Origin: Octopus vulgaris
Taxonomy: Eukaryota
Direction: 5' to 3'
Length of the DNA stretch: 64,000 bases
NCBI GenBank assembly: GCA_951406725.2
Contig: OX597835.1
Location: 34,906,001-34,970,000, forward strand
Shown here: positions 29,313-43,864 of the stretch, one piece after another
Layout of the letters: each line of letters opens with the position of its first letter
How positions within the stretch are numbered: position 1 is the first letter of the stretch
Translations under genes and position numbers: made by a program
The notes under the pieces: model-generated
Told to the model about the DNA's origin: nothing
Database searches by the model: none
What the model saw: the letters and a program-made list of their open reading frames with translations, nothing else

Positions 29313-29671
29313 CTAGCACTATGACCCGGCAACGCTGGGTCACAGTGCTAGTGCATGCATTTACAGCTGCGTGCATGCGCACATACATGCAAGTACTGTC
29401 CAAATCTCCTACCAATCACATACAGCTAGCTGGCATTCAATTGGCGTATCAAGTTTTGGACATTTTGATTGGGTTTTCAATAGAAAATTCACTTCTATTG
29501 ATTTTTTAATGGCTTTGTGGGGTGACTGTGGAAATGTAAAGATGTGCACGACCACCCTTGGACGGTTTTGAATGACCATAGAAAGTGCGAGCCCTCTAAC
29601 TGAAAAATTGTGGATTTGTATAAAGGACACAGACACACAGACAGACATTTTGCCGTTTATATATATAGAGA
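29313..29671 (-). mobile_element. Non-autonomous Helitron
   Basis: Minus strand starts TC(tctatatatataaa) and ends with a hairpin plus CTAG; inserted between A and T. Confidence 0.8.
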
Positions 29672-30065
29672 TAGGTATCCATGATGATGATGATGATGAA
29701 GGGGGGCATTAATGATGCCAATGTGATTTTGACAATATATGGAAGATGCAATAATATACAGACCTCGTGATCCGGCCATAAACGCTAGGATCAATGCTTT
29801 CTCTGGTCGAGTCACTTTGTTGGATGTGCTGAACATTTCCTTGGCTTCAGAAACATGTTCTTTCTGCAACAGACAACCAATTTGGAATAGTAAAATGGTA
29901 ACATTAAGTAACAACAATAACAAACACAGATACACACACACACACAAGGTGATCTAGAAGAGTGATTGGCACATCAGACAGAATACTTGGCTACATTTCG
30001 TCTAGCTCTTTACATTCTCAGCCAAATCCTGCCATGGTCAACTTTGCCTTTCATCTTTTCAGGTT

Positions 30066-30448
30066 TACTCTTTTACTTGTTTCAGTCATTTGACTGCGGC
30101 CATGCTGGAGCACCACTTTAGTTGAGCAAATCGACCCCGGGACTTATTCTTTGTAAGCCCAGTACTTATTCTATTGGTCTCTTTTTGCCGAACCGCTAAG
30201 TGACGGCGACGTAAACACACCAGCATCGGTTGTCAAGCAATGCTAGGGGGACAAACACACACATATATATATATATATATATACGACAGGCTTCTTTCAG
30301 TTTCCGTCTACCAAATCCACTCACAAGGCATTGGTCGGCCCGGGGCTATAGCAGAAGACACTTGCCCAAGATGCCACGCAGTGGGACTGAACTTGGAACC
30401 ATGTGGTTGGTTAGCAAGCTACTTACCACACAGCCACTCCTGCGCCTA
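30066..30448 (-). mobile_element. SINE family A inserted among family B remnants
   Basis: Full-length match; family B fragments on both sides. Confidence 0.9.
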
Positions 30449-30595
30449 CAGGTTTGATAAAACTTATTTCATCGACCCTGAAAGGAAGAAAGGCAAAGTC
30501 GACCTTGGTGGAATTCGAACTCAGAACGTAAGGATGAACAAAATGCCGCTAAGCATTTTGCCCAGCATGCTAATGAATCTGCCAGCTCACTGCCT

Positions 30596-30981
30596 TGAGT
30601 GGCTGTGTGGTAAGTAGCTTGCTAACCAGCCACATGGTTCTGGGTTCAGTCCCACTGCGTGGCATCTTGGGCAAGTGCCTTCTGCTATAGCCTCGGGCCG
30701 ACCAAAGCCTTGTGAGTGGATTTGGTAGACGGAAACTGAAAGAAGCCTGTCGTATATATGTATATGTATGTATATGTTTGTGTGTCTGTGTTTGTCCCTC
30801 TAGCATTGCTTGACAACCGATGCTGGTGTGTTTATGTCCCTGTTACTTAGCGGTTCGGCAAAAGAGACCAATAGAATAAGTACTGGGCTTACAAAGAATA
30901 AGTCCCGGGGTCGATTTGCTCGACTAAAGGCGGTGCTCCAGCATGGCCGCAGTCAAATGACTGAAACAAGTAAAAGAGTAA
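30596..30981 (+). mobile_element. SINE family A
   Basis: Full-length match, head-to-head with 30066-30448. Confidence 0.9.
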
Positions 30982-30996
30982 AATATGTATGTATGT

Positions 30997-31170
30997 ATTG
31001 CTTGGCTTTGTGAACGAAGATCAGGAAGGCAGTCCACGTCGCGTGCATGCACGCTCATGACTGACAAGTCCAATATGGGAAAGGCAGGTCCGTGTCCACA
31101 GACGAAGGTAACATCCGGTATGGTGTCAGAGGCAGCTCGTGCCATCCTCCTGCGTCTCTTGTCTTTAAGT
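30997..31170 (-). mobile_element. RTE-clade LINE 3' fragment
   Basis: KDKRRRR..TFVC, then after a frameshift RTCLSHIGLVSHERAC (RTE C-terminal zinc-finger pattern), followed by a short 3' UTR. Confidence 0.65.
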
Positions 31171-32384
31171 GTGTCACCACACGATATATATATTCACAGG
31201 TGTGGCTGTGTACATGACAAGTCTGCTTCCCAACTACATGATTTCAAGGGATTTTTTTCTTAGTTGAAGAAATCGACCCCAGGACTTATTCTTTCAGTCA
31301 CTTTTGCCATTGATTGTCAAGTGATAGTGGAGGGGACAAACAAAGATACATATACATATATGACGGTCTTTAAGTTTCGACCGACCAAATCCACTCACAA
31401 GGGTTTAGTTGGCCTGAGGCTATAGTAGGGGACACTTGCCCGAGGTGCCACAGAGTGGGACTGAACCTGGAACCATGTGGTAGGGAAGCAAGCTTCTTAC
31501 CACGCAGCCACGCCTGCACCCATATTCACATTTGTTCAAACTAATCATGTATTGTCTTGGAGCTTTGAGATTTTGAGGATGCAGTTGTTTATTTTTCGAT
31601 TAACATTTGGCAGGCTTTGACATAAAACAAGCACAGTATTTTGACCAGATTTAGCAGGTTTAAATACTAAAAGGTTAAACATTAACACAAAAAAAAAAAA
31701 ATCTATGCACTGTTAAGAATGTCACAATATTTCAAATCGTAATTTGGTGGAAATGGTTTCATTTTGCATTATCTCATAGCTTTGATGTCTTAATGAAGAC
31801 GATTGTTTAGTTTGAGAATGACTTTGTAGGGTAGGTGTGAGAGGCCTGATGTACCCAGTCTGAACATAAAACTTGTACAATATTTGGGCCAGATATGATT
31901 AGTTTCAATGCTAGAGTTAACCTTGGTGGAATTCGAACTCAGAACGTAAGGATGAACAAAATGCCGCTAAGCATTTTGCCCAGCATGCTAATGAATCTGT
32001 CACAGAAGTAAAGAAAACAAACAGCCCTCCTCTCTCTCGTCAGAAGACAAAATCTCTTCTCCCTTCAGTGTGGAGGTTTCACTTACTGGTTATAATCAAT
32101 TCATGGATCACTCAAAGTGTCATGTTCTTGAATAAAATGTGTCATTTCACAATGTCCTTGTCCACTCAGCTAACAAAATTGAGTAAGTCTGCAATGGACT
32201 GATGTCCTGTCCAGTGGGGAATATATACACAATGGGAACTGAGAAAGTGACCCTATGGGATTATATGACTCAGCAAGGTACTTTATCCTTTATCGTCTCC
32301 CCATAAAAAAATAAATAAATAAACATATTTGATGACTGGCATCCATGCTAGCAGGGTGCAAAGAGCACCATATGCGTGTGATCG

Positions 32385-32484
32385 NNNNNNNNNNNNNNNN
32401 NNNNNNNNNNNNNNNNNNNNNNNNNNNNNNNNNNNNNNNNNNNNNNNNNNNNNNNNNNNNNNNNNNNNNNNNNNNNNNNNNNNN
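32385..32484. other. Assembly gap (~100 N)
   Basis: Run of n; adjacency across it is not guaranteed. Confidence 0.98.
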
Positions 32485-32506
32485 GATGATGATGATGATG
32501 ATGATA

Positions 32507-32541
<35 letters not shown>

Positions 32542-32792
32542 AATAATGATAATAATAATAATAATGATAATAATAATAATAATAATAATGATAATAATAG
32601 TAATAATAATAGTAATGATAATAATGATAATAATAATAATAATGATAATAATAATAATAATAATAATGATGATGATGATGATGATGATAATAATGATGAT
32701 GATAATAATAATGATAATAATAATAATGATAATAATAATAATAATAATGATGATAATAATAATGATGATAATAATAATAATAATAATAATAA
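32485..32792. repeat. (GAT/AAT)n compound microsatellite
   Basis: Directly visible. Confidence 0.95.
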
Positions 32793-33211
32793 GCACAACG
32801 AATACCAAAACAAATAACATTGGAAATACGAAGTGGCAATGATTCTAGAGTTGATGGTGACTTGGTTCCATCGGAAGATCGACTGCAACGAACACGACCA
32901 CCACCACCACCACTACCATCACAGCCACCGCCATCACAGCTACTCAACTACCTCCCCCCCATTAACATCTCAGCACCCATCATCAGCATCATCACCAGCA
33001 CCACACAGTATACATACGCATACACATACATATGTATATATATAAACATATACCATATATATATATATATCTGCATATACCTGTATATATATATATAAAT
33101 ATATATACACACGCACACACACACACACATATATATATTTCTATGTATATACGCATAATATATAAGTATATATATATTTGTATGTATGCGTGTGTGTGAT
33201 GCATATATATG

Positions 33212-33263
<52 letters not shown>

Positions 33264-33459
33264 TGTGTAAAACCGCATTTATATGTTTATATGTATGTAT
33301 GTATGTATGTATGTGTGTATGTATAAGTGTAAATATATATGTGCGTGTGTGTGCGTGTGTGTGTATATATAAGTATATATATGTATAAATATATATATAT
33401 ATATATATATGTTTATAAATATATATATATTACATATATATTTATATTTACATATACGT

Positions 33460-33550
<91 letters not shown>

Positions 33551-33941
33551 CGAACACACACACACACACACATACGTACATATATGCACATACGTATACG
33601 AAGGAAAGGGAAAGCGTGTGTGTGTGTGGGGGGAAGTACTGTGGAAACTGTGCGTATGACTTTTTTATTATCAATTTATAATAAACGTTATTTAGCAGAA
33701 GTGGAATCGGTGAGTGGTGGAACAAGATGGCGCAGGTGGTGACGAGAAGCAGAAAGCGAAACAGAGGTTAAGTCGGTATTCCTATGTGACCCCCACCGTC
33801 TAATTCTTTATTTTTATCTGAATAGCCCCTACTTATCAATGGTCGGCTTTTCGCCTGTCGAGATGCCCCTATTACCCCCTTCCGACTTTACTTCCATCGA
33901 TCGTCGTTTTCCTCTTTCGTTATATCTGCTTCTCTTTCTTT

Positions 33942-34001
<60 letters not shown>

Positions 34002-34081
34002 TCCTGCTTTCCCTCTCTCTCACTTTCACTTCTCGCTTAAGTCCTTCACTTAAATACACCGCAGCAGACACCACAAATACT

Positions 34082-34730
<649 letters not shown>

Positions 34731-35565
34731 CAGACACACGATTGAATACACACGCACACACACACACATATATATATACGTATGTACATACACACAGATG
34801 CATGCACCTTCCGCTTTTCTCTTACGCACACACACGCACACACACATGCATAAACTCACGCTGGCATGAAGATACTCGCCCTCCCCATCTCCCCACCTCC
34901 CCTTCCGCCACTTGAAGGCCGGCTAAAGCAACTTAAACCGCCATCTCCCCGCGCATGCGCCTGCACCGCCGCCCCGTGGTTCCCTCTCGAAACTCACCCC
35001 TCGCCCCACTTCCAACCTCTCCCTACCTCCCTTCCCCTCCCCTCCTCCATCCCCTTCCACCACCACCACCCCCGCCATCGACTGCAGCCAACCTTCGTTT
35101 CTTCCTTAATAGCGAATGCCTCGTAGTCCCCTGCTTATTTCACAACTTAAGCTTTATTGCTAGGTAATTAAAAATTGATGAAAAATTTACTCCCCCCCCC
35201 TCGCCCCCCATTCCCCCTCACCCTTACCTCACCCTCACCTCCACCAATTTTCGCTTCTACTCCAAAATCAAGCAACCCTTCGTACCCGCTCCCTCCCCCA
35301 CCATACACCCCTTCTCACACACCGCTGCCCCCGCCGCCATGTTGCCCATCTACCACTGCTCCTTCCTCTCCACCCCCCCCATCGAACTCCTCGAAACCGC
35401 CCGTCGCCGATTCGTTGCCGGATTCTAATATAATGGCACTGGTTTTGGTAATATTAACAGTGGCAGAAGGAGTTGGTTGCGATCTGGCTGCGGTTACCGT
35501 TGTTGATGTTGTTGTCATTGTTGCTATTGCTGCTGCTGTGGTTGTTGGTATTGTTGTTGTTGTTG

Positions 35566-35797
35566 AAGGCGGCGAGCTGGCAGAACCGTTAGCACTCCGG
35601 GCGAAATGCGTGGCCGTATTTCGTCTGCCGTTAAGTTCTGAGTTCAAATTCCGCCGAGGTCGACTTTGCCTTTCATCCTTTCGGGGTCGATTAAATAAGT
35701 ACCAGTTACGCACTGGAGTCGATATAATCGACTTAATCCGTTTGTCTGTCCTTGTTTGTCCCTTCTGTGTTTAGCCCCTTGTGGGTAATAAAGAAAT
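35566..35797 (+). mobile_element. SINE family B
   Basis: Matches 22407-22642. Confidence 0.88.
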
Positions 35798-36219
35798 CGG
35801 TGTTGTTGTTGCTGCTGTTATTGTTGTGGCTGTAGTTGTTGTAGTAGTTGTTGCTTAGTCGCCCTGTTTAGGTGTTGGCGTTGACGTTGGTAACGTAGTT
35901 GTTAATTGGTGGTGGCGGTGGTGGTGACGATGTTAGTGGTCATGGTGTCGTGGAAAGCGGCAGGTTAGCAGCATCACTGGAGATTCGAGGATCGAATGCC
36001 TTGCGGTAGTTATTCTGGGTTTCTGCGCTCCTAGTTCAAAACCCGTCCTGACCAGATTTGCCTCTCATCCCTTTCAGAGCCGACAAATCTAACACAAAAC
36101 TAGTACTACCATTCGTTCTTACTCTCTGTATATATATATATATATATATAGATACACACACACACACACACACAAATATGTATATATATATATGTGTGTG
36201 TATGTGTGTGTGTATATAT

Positions 36220-36800
36220 ATCTTACTCTCAGAATTGGCAAATGTTGGAATCCGTGGAAAACTTCTACACTGGATTAAAGTATTTCCTGGCCAAATAGAA
36301 CACAATATGTTGTGGTCGATGGAGTCCACTCAAGCCCAGCAAAAGTCACCAGTGGTGTCCCTCAGGGGACTGTCTTGGGCCCTCTCCTCTTTATAATCTA
36401 CATAAACGACCTTTCCAGCGTCGTAAAACACTGTAAAGTGAAAATATTTGCTGATGACACTAAGCTCCAGCAAATCATCAATGAAGAAGAAGACCGAACT
36501 CAACTCCAGTCTGATCTATATGCTGTGAGTCAATGGGCCGACAAAAGCAAAATGCAACTAAACGAGAGAAAATTTGAGCTGATGCATTTTGGAAGAAAGT
36601 CTATACTAAAACAGTCATACCTTTTTTCTTCAAGGGGGATCGCTCACAGCATCTAATAATATCAGAGACCTCTTGGATGTTAAGAACCTTCCGGTTCAGA
36701 GAACAAAGTGTCATCATTCCACTTTTCTCCTCCTTTGTACGGCTACACCTCGAATACTGCTGCCCCTCGTGGTCTCCCCATACAAAACAAAAGGCCACTG
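36220..36800 (+). mobile_element. CR1-group LINE RT fragment
   Basis: [38 protein letters not shown]; frameshifts and an internal deletion. Confidence 0.85.
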
Positions 36801-38066
36801 CAGTTCCTCTTCCAGAGCTTCCTTGCAACTGGCAAACTTCCAAGCAAGCTGAAGGAAGGTAAAATATGCCCTATTCATAAAGAAGGTAGCAGAACAGAGG
36901 CTCAAAACTACAGACCTATCTCTCTGACCTCGCACATCAGCAAAGTCATGGAACGAATAGTCAGAAGAAAGCTAATCACCTTCCTTGAGCAGAATAACTT
37001 GCTGACTGACACCCAACATGGTTTCTGACCAGGAATAAGCTGCTGACTCAACTCTAACAGCACTATGACTGGGTGCAGAAACAGCTGCTCAACCACTCAA
37101 ATGTGGATGTGATTTGTCTCAACTTTGAAAAGGCCTTCGATAAAGTCGATCATGGAATGATATAGCATAGACTGCATGATCTCGGCATAGTAGGGGAATT
37201 AGGAGAATGGCTGCATGACTTTCTGAAGGATAGAAATCAGGTGGTAGTAGCCAATGGGTCCACCTCTAATGACACGCAAATAGTGGGCGGTGTTCTGCAA
37301 GGCACTGTTCTGGGACCACTACTGTTCATAATGGCCCTCTCAGATATGCCCTCAGCCACACAGAAAGCCGACCGGATGGAGTCTTAGAACTTTTAGAACG
37401 AGAGATCAGAAAACCATGATGGTCTTCTGGAGGACATTTGTCCTAAGCCGCTTTGACTGTTGCTCCCAGCTATGGTCACCCACCAGTGTAAAATTAATTG
37501 CAGAACTTGAGGCAATCCAGCGAAGCTACACGAAGAAGATAGCCTCTATGCAGCATATAAGCTATTGGGAAAGACTCAAGAGATTGAGACTCTATTCCTT
37601 AGAGTGTAGGCGGGAAAGATATGCCATAATATACATCTGGAAGATCCTAAAAGGAATTGTCCCAAACTTTGGTATCGAGAGTTACACTAATCCTAGAACA
37701 GGGCGCCACTGCATAGTGCCAAGGACTCCAGCTTTGCCATCAAGATATAGGACAAAATATTGCAACAGCCTGGATTTTAAAGGCCCATAGCTCTTCAATA
37801 TCCTCTCGAAGGACCTGAGAGACCTACACGGGGTGGATGTAAGTGTCTTCAAAACGAAACTAGATCTCTTACTGTCAAGTGTCCCAGATGAACCAACTTC
37901 ATAGCAGGAAGTGCAGATGAGGGCAGCGGCATCAAAACATCCTCATGCATCAAACGTCAATTTCTAAAACGAATAAGTGAACTAAAATTATGTAGCAACA
38001 CCAAATGGCGGTGCCCCAGCATGGCCACAGCTCATGAGCTGAAAGTAAACCAAATCAAATCAAATC
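36801..38066 (+). mobile_element. CR1-group LINE, 5'-truncated and decayed, with 3' tail
   Basis: [18 protein letters not shown] and QHGF, with in-frame stops; tail ggcggtgccccagcatggcc...(caaat)n. Confidence 0.88.
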
Positions 38067-38074
38067 ATATATAC

Positions 38075-38113
<39 letters not shown>

Positions 38114-38147
38114 TAAGAAAGTTTGTTTGGTAAAGCACGTGGGTGAA

Positions 38148-39411
38148 TATATAAGAAAATAGTAAAGAGTGAAAAAACGACAGAAGGCTTAAATGTTAAA
38201 AAATATATATATTTGCGTCAAAATGTCTGGAGATATTGGAAAAATTTTTTCCTCCTTAAAATGACATAATTTTATAATTTTTAAAGAAATACCGGTTTCG
38301 CAGTTAGCTCTTCAAATTTCTTGTGACTTAATGTTTATTTTTAATAACGTAATCCTTGTATTTTTGCTACGGAGAGTTCTAAATAAGGGAAAGTAGTGAG
38401 TGATTTCTTCCGGTGTAAGGGAGATAATCGCTTAAAAATTTTTTTTCCTTTAGTGTGAATTTCTGTGTATTATTGAGTTCGGATAGTTGAGTCTGGGTTT
38501 GTACTTTTCAATGAAGAATGTTTCCTTATTTAGTCTAATTTGTGATGATGATCCGAAAGCACATTGGTAAAATGGAAAGATTAAAAATTGTGGTTGTAGT
38601 TGCTTTGCGCATTTCTCAATGTGTTCACTAAAAGGTATCATTCTATATTCTGGGAATGCAATCTGTTGTCGATGCAGTGTGCATCTACGTCTGAGTGATA
38701 GTCCCGTGGACCCCACGTAGTCTTGGTGGCAGCCCGAGCATTTAATGACATAAATTATGTTTTCAGAGGCACAAGTAAAGTTAGATTTGATCTTGAATTT
38801 CTGTCCCTCTTTAAAGAAGAATTCTGATCCTTCCAATAGGTTAGGACATGTTGCACGGGACTATCACTCAGACGTAGATGCACACTGCATCGACAACAGA
38901 TTGCATTCCCAGAATATAGAATGATACCTTTTAGTGAACACATTGAGAAATGCGCAAAGCAACTACAACCACAATTTTTAATCTTTCCATTTTACCAATG
39001 TGCTTTCGGATCATCATCACAAATTAGACTAAATAAGGAAACATTCTTCATTGAAAAGTACAAACCCAGACTCAACTATCCGAACTCAATAATACACAGA
39101 AATTCACACTAAAGGAAAAAAATTTTTAAGCGATTATCTCCCTTACACCGGAAGAAATCACTCACTACTTTCCCTTATTTAGAACTCTCCGTAGCAAAAA
39201 TACAAGGATTACGTTATTAAAAATAAACATTAAGTCACAAGAAATTTGAAGAGCTAACTGCGAAACCGGTATTTCTTTAAAAATTATAAAATTATGTCAT
39301 TTTAAGGAGGGAAAAAATTTTTCCAATATTCTCCAGACATTTTGACGCAAATATATATATTTTTTAATATTTAAGCCTTCTGTCGTTTTTTATTTCACTC
39401 TTTACTATTTT

Positions 39412-39418
<7 letters not shown>
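38148..39418. mobile_element. Head-to-head inverted pair of Penelope-like 3' ends (GIY-YIG domain plus tail)
   Basis: 38148-38708 is the reverse complement of 38854-39418. IIYVIKCSGCHQDYVGST is a GIY-YIG motif. Hammerhead variant at 39241-39275 with mirror at 38286-38320. (TA)n on both sides. Confidence 0.9.
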
Positions 39419-39451
<33 letters not shown>

Positions 39452-39452
<1 letters not shown>

Positions 39453-40122
39453 TAGCAGTATCGCCCGGCGTTGCTCGGGTTTGTAAGGGAAATAACTATA
39501 TAAGCATTTTTAGAGAGTTATAAAAAATAGCAAAAGAGTGCATTAAAAATAGAATAAAAAATGATGGTAATTTTTTTTTTTAATCGTTGACTCATCGTAG
39601 ACATTTTTAGAGAGTTACTTCCCTTATATAATAGCGAAAAAATGCATTAAAATCGAAAAAATGATGGTAAATTTTTTTTTAAATCGTAGACTCATCGTAG
39701 ACGCTTTCTTAGCCATTTCTGTATTGGTGTCTTCAAGCCATGAAGTCGTTGTTCTAAAAGAACGCTGGTCTCCTTGACAACGCTTTACGACGTTGATTTC
39801 CTTAAACTCCCTTCCCCACAGCTTCGCGAGGGAGGGAAAAAGGGGGTGAAGCAAACAGGTGCAGGTGTGACCATGGACGCCAACTCCGCCGCCATCGACA
39901 CACGAAAAATTATGCATTAAAATGGAATAAAAAATGATGTTAAATTATTTTTAAAATCGTAGACTCATCGTAGACGCGCGCTAATTGCCAGACGGGCTCG
40001 ATATTAATCACGACTATAAGATACCCGAATTTGGTTAAACTGCACCGCAAAATGTGGGAGGAGTTAGGAATCTAAATCGTAGGAGACAGACACTCACACA
40101 ACTACAGTTTTATATATATAGA
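39452..40122 (-). mobile_element. Non-autonomous Helitron
   Basis: Minus strand TC(tatatatataaaactg)...cccgagcaacgccgggcgatactgCTAG, between A and T; internal ~120 bp repeats. Confidence 0.85.
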
Positions 40123-40251
40123 TATAATTACCATTCCTAAATACAACAATATCTGTTTCAACACACGACTTCACATAAAAAATCTTGCACAACAAATATT
40201 TAAACGTACTATATATATATGTATATATATATATATATATATCATATATAC

Positions 40252-40331
<80 letters not shown>

Positions 40332-40404
40332 CATATATACGTATATATATGTATATATATATCATATATACGTATATATATATGTATATATATATCATAT
40401 ATAC

Positions 40405-40440
<36 letters not shown>

Positions 40441-40448
40441 TATATACG

Positions 40449-40480
<32 letters not shown>

Positions 40481-40490
40481 TCATATATAC

Positions 40491-40530
<40 letters not shown>

Positions 40531-40542
40531 TATATTTACTCT

Positions 40543-42152
40543 TTTACTTGTTTCAGCCATCCGGCTGAGGCCATGCTGGGGCACCGCCCGTGTTGCTACC
40601 CTCTCTAAGTCCAGTTTGCCGTGGCTGGCCACTGATCTAAGAGAGAGTTTGTAGCTGCTGCCCTTAGGTTACCTTCGTACCTTGCAGTGGGTTCATCTGG
40701 GATCCCGGAAAGCAGCTTGTCTAGATGTTTTTTGAAAATGTCCACATCCGCATCATGTAGATCTCTTAGTTTTCTTGGCAGTTTGTTGAACAGCTGAGGG
40801 CCCCTGAACCCCAGGCTATTACAGTATCTGCTCCTTACCCTGGATGTGGAAGACGGGACCTTTGGCACCACACAGTGACGACCTGTACGGGGATTGGAAC
40901 AGCTCTCAATTCCAAAATTTGGTGCTAGTCCCTCCAGGATTTTCCATATGTATATCACTGCATATCTCTCTCGTCTTCGTTCCAAGGAGTACAAATTGAG
41001 TTCCCTAAGCCTCTCCCAATAGTTCTTTTCTTTCATGGTGGAAATCCTCTTGGTGAAATGTCTTTGGATTGTCTCAAGCTCTGTGGTTAGTTTGACACTA
41101 TGCGGTGACCACAGTTGGGAGCAGTAGTCTAGGCGGCTTAGGACAAATGTCCTCCATAGTGTCAACATGGTCTCGCAGTCTCTTGTCCGGAATGTCCTCA
41201 GGATCCAGCCAGTGAGTCGTCTGCACATTGTCGCCACCTTCGCGATGTGTGAAGAAAAAGATGCATCGTCACTCATGTCTATCCCCAGGTCCCGTATTGA
41301 TTTCGATACTGGGATTTCGATCCCTCCTGGACCAGTATAGTTGTGTTGTAATGTATATGTGTTTACAGCTTGATATTGTAAGGCTTGAAATTTACCAGCA
41401 TTAAATTGCATGTTGTTGTCTTCAGCCCATTTGTATATGGCATCCAGATCTTGTTGTAAAAGGTCAGCATCAGCTGGGTTTTTGATTGCCTGTGCTACCT
41501 TTGTGTCATCAGCATAGCTAGTGAGGGATGTTGTTTGTGCTACCAAGGGCATGTCAGAGAGCGCCACCAAAAACAGCAAGGGTCCCAAGACTGTGCCCTG
41601 TGGCACCCCGCTTGCTATTGGTGTCTTTCCCGAGAGGGCTCCATTGGCTGCAACCATCTGGCTTCTGTCCTTCAGGAAGTCATGTATCCACTCACCTACT
41701 TTTCCTGTTATGCCGAGTCTGAGTAATTTGTGACATATCACTCCGTGGTCGACCTTGTCAAAGGCCTTCGCAAAGTCGAGATATACCACATCCACCTGTG
41801 AGCGATCCAGTAGTTGTTTCAGTACCCAGTCGTAGTGTTGTAACAGCTGCGTAAGGCAGCTTCTTCCTGGGCGAAAGCCATGCTGTGTGTCAGTGAGACG
41901 GTTAGTTTCTTCGAGGAACGTGATCAGTTTTTTTCTGATGATTCGTTCCATGACCTTACTTATGTGTGACGTCAGGGAGACTGGCCTGTAGTTTTTTGCC
42001 TCTGCTCTACTCCCTCCTTTGTGGATAGGGCATATGGTGCCTTCTTTTAGCGCCCTGGGCAGTTTACCGTTAGCCAAGGAACCACTGAAGAGCATCTTCA
42101 GTGGTCCCGCTAGGGCATGCCTGCATGTTTTTAGGAGGACTGCTGGGAATCC
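40543..42152 (-). mobile_element. CR1-group LINE, 5'-truncated, inserted in (TA)n
   Basis: Uninterrupted RT frame, then a short 3' UTR ggcggtgccccagcatggcc...ctgaaacaagtaaaagagtaaa. Confidence 0.92.
40605..42095 (-). CDS. LINE ORF2 reverse transcriptase domain (5'-truncated, open frame)
   Basis: [49 protein letters not shown]; the frame stays open upstream to ~42152. Confidence 0.9.
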   Translation of the reverse strand: MLFSGSLANGKLPRALKEGTICPIHKGGSRAEAKNYRPVSLTSHISKVMERIIRKKLITFLEETNRLTDTQHGFRPGRSCLTQLLQHYDWVLKQLLDRSQVDVVYLDFAKAFDKVDHGVICHKLLRLGITGKVGEWIHDFLKDRSQMVAANGALSGKTPIASGVPQGTVLGPLLFLVALSDMPLVAQTTSLTSYADDTKVAQAIKNPADADLLQQDLDAIYKWAEDNNMQFNAGKFQALQYQAVNTYTLQHNYTGPGGIEIPVSKSIRDLGIDMSDDASFSSHIAKVATMCRRLTGWILRTFRTRDCETMLTLWRTFVLSRLDYCSQLWSPHSVKLTTELETIQRHFTKRISTMKEKNYWERLRELNLYSLERRRERYAVIYIWKILEGLAPNFGIESCSNPRTGRHCVVPKVPSSTSRVRSRYCNSLGFRGPQLFNKLPRKLRDLHDADVDIFKKHLDKLLSGIPDEPTARYEGNLRAAATNSLLDQWPATANWT

Positions 42153-42215
42153 ATATATATATATATTATATCTATATGCATAACTGCGTGTGTGTGTATG
42201 TGTGTCCGAGTATGC

Positions 42216-42266
<51 letters not shown>

Positions 42267-42385
42267 TGTTCAACACTATCTGTCTATGACAACTTTTCGT
42301 TTTTCTTACTCATTTCTTATCCCCCTTCGTCTTTTTCCCCTTACTAAACTCACTCCGCGCTTCATATAGTTGTTTTTCGTATTAA

Positions 42386-42424
<39 letters not shown>

Positions 42425-43295
42425 GTTGTGTTGTGTTGTTGTTCTTCTTCTTCTTCTTCTTCTTCTTCTTCTTCTTCTTCTTCTTCTTCTTCTTCTTTTT
42501 CTTCTTCTTTTTCTTCTTCTTTTTTTTTTCTTCCTCTTCTTCTTCTTCTTCTCCCCGCTTTCTCTTCTTGTTATTTTTGGTGTTCGTAAACGTCATTGTC
42601 ACCACCACCACCACCACCACCACCACCACCACCACCACCACCACCACCAGCACAACCTCCACCATCATAATCGTTTCTTCACCACCCTCATCATCATTTT
42701 TGTCGTCATAATCGTATTCTTCTTGCTCATTGTTGTTGTCGTGGTCGTCACCACTACGACGACGACCACCATCACCACCACCATTATCATCATACCTTGT
42801 CATCGTCGTCATCGTCGTTTTCCTCGACTTCCTCGTCATTGCATCACCATTGTCTCTAACAACTATACCACCGTCATTGTCATTCCCACAACATCTCCAC
42901 CACTATCACCAAAAACAACAACAACAGCAATAACAACCATCTCCTAACCAACACCACCACAACCACAGCCACTACCTGAGTACTATCGTTACCCCGCGAT
43001 CATACACTTCAACTGCAACCACCTCTACCTCCAGCATCATCACCAGCACCACCACCAGCACCACCATCACTACCACCATTAACAACAACAACAATAACCG
43101 TCACGCTACCACCACCACCACCACCACCACCACCGCCACCACCATCGTCACCACCATCGCCACCCCCGTAACTAATGGCTTAATTAAAAGCAACGTTATG
43201 TTAGATTTGATTTTAATGCAATTTTTTCCTTCAGGCTATTAATGCGTGTGTATGTATGTGTAGGTGTGTGTTTATGCGTATGTGTATGAGAGAGG

Positions 43296-43337
<42 letters not shown>

Positions 43338-43506
43338 GAGAAGAGAGACAGAAATAGACAGAGAGACTGTGTATGTGTGTACTCGTATGCATTTGTGAAT
43401 GAATGTATGTGTGTGTGTGTGTGAGAGAGAGAGAGGATGGCTGTGTATGTGTGTGTGAGAGAGAGATAGTGAGTGAGAGAGAAACAAAGAGAGACTGCTT
43501 GTGTGT

Positions 43507-43544
<38 letters not shown>

Positions 43545-43824
43545 ACATTTTTAAATGGGTGTTTGTGTGTGTACAGACGCGTGAGAGAGGAAGGCTGTGT
43601 ATGAGTGTGAGAGAGAAATTGTTTATATGTATTTGTGTGTGTGTGTGTGTGTAGATTTGTAAATATGTGTATACGTGTGTCTGTGCGTGCGTATGTGTGT
43701 GTGTTTGTATATATTAATGTATATATTAATGTGTTTGTATATATGTGTTAATATTTCTGTGTGTGTTAATGAGGATGTGTTGTACGCGTATGAGATAGAG
43801 AGATAGATTTCGTACGTGTGTGTA

Positions 43825-43864
<40 letters not shown>

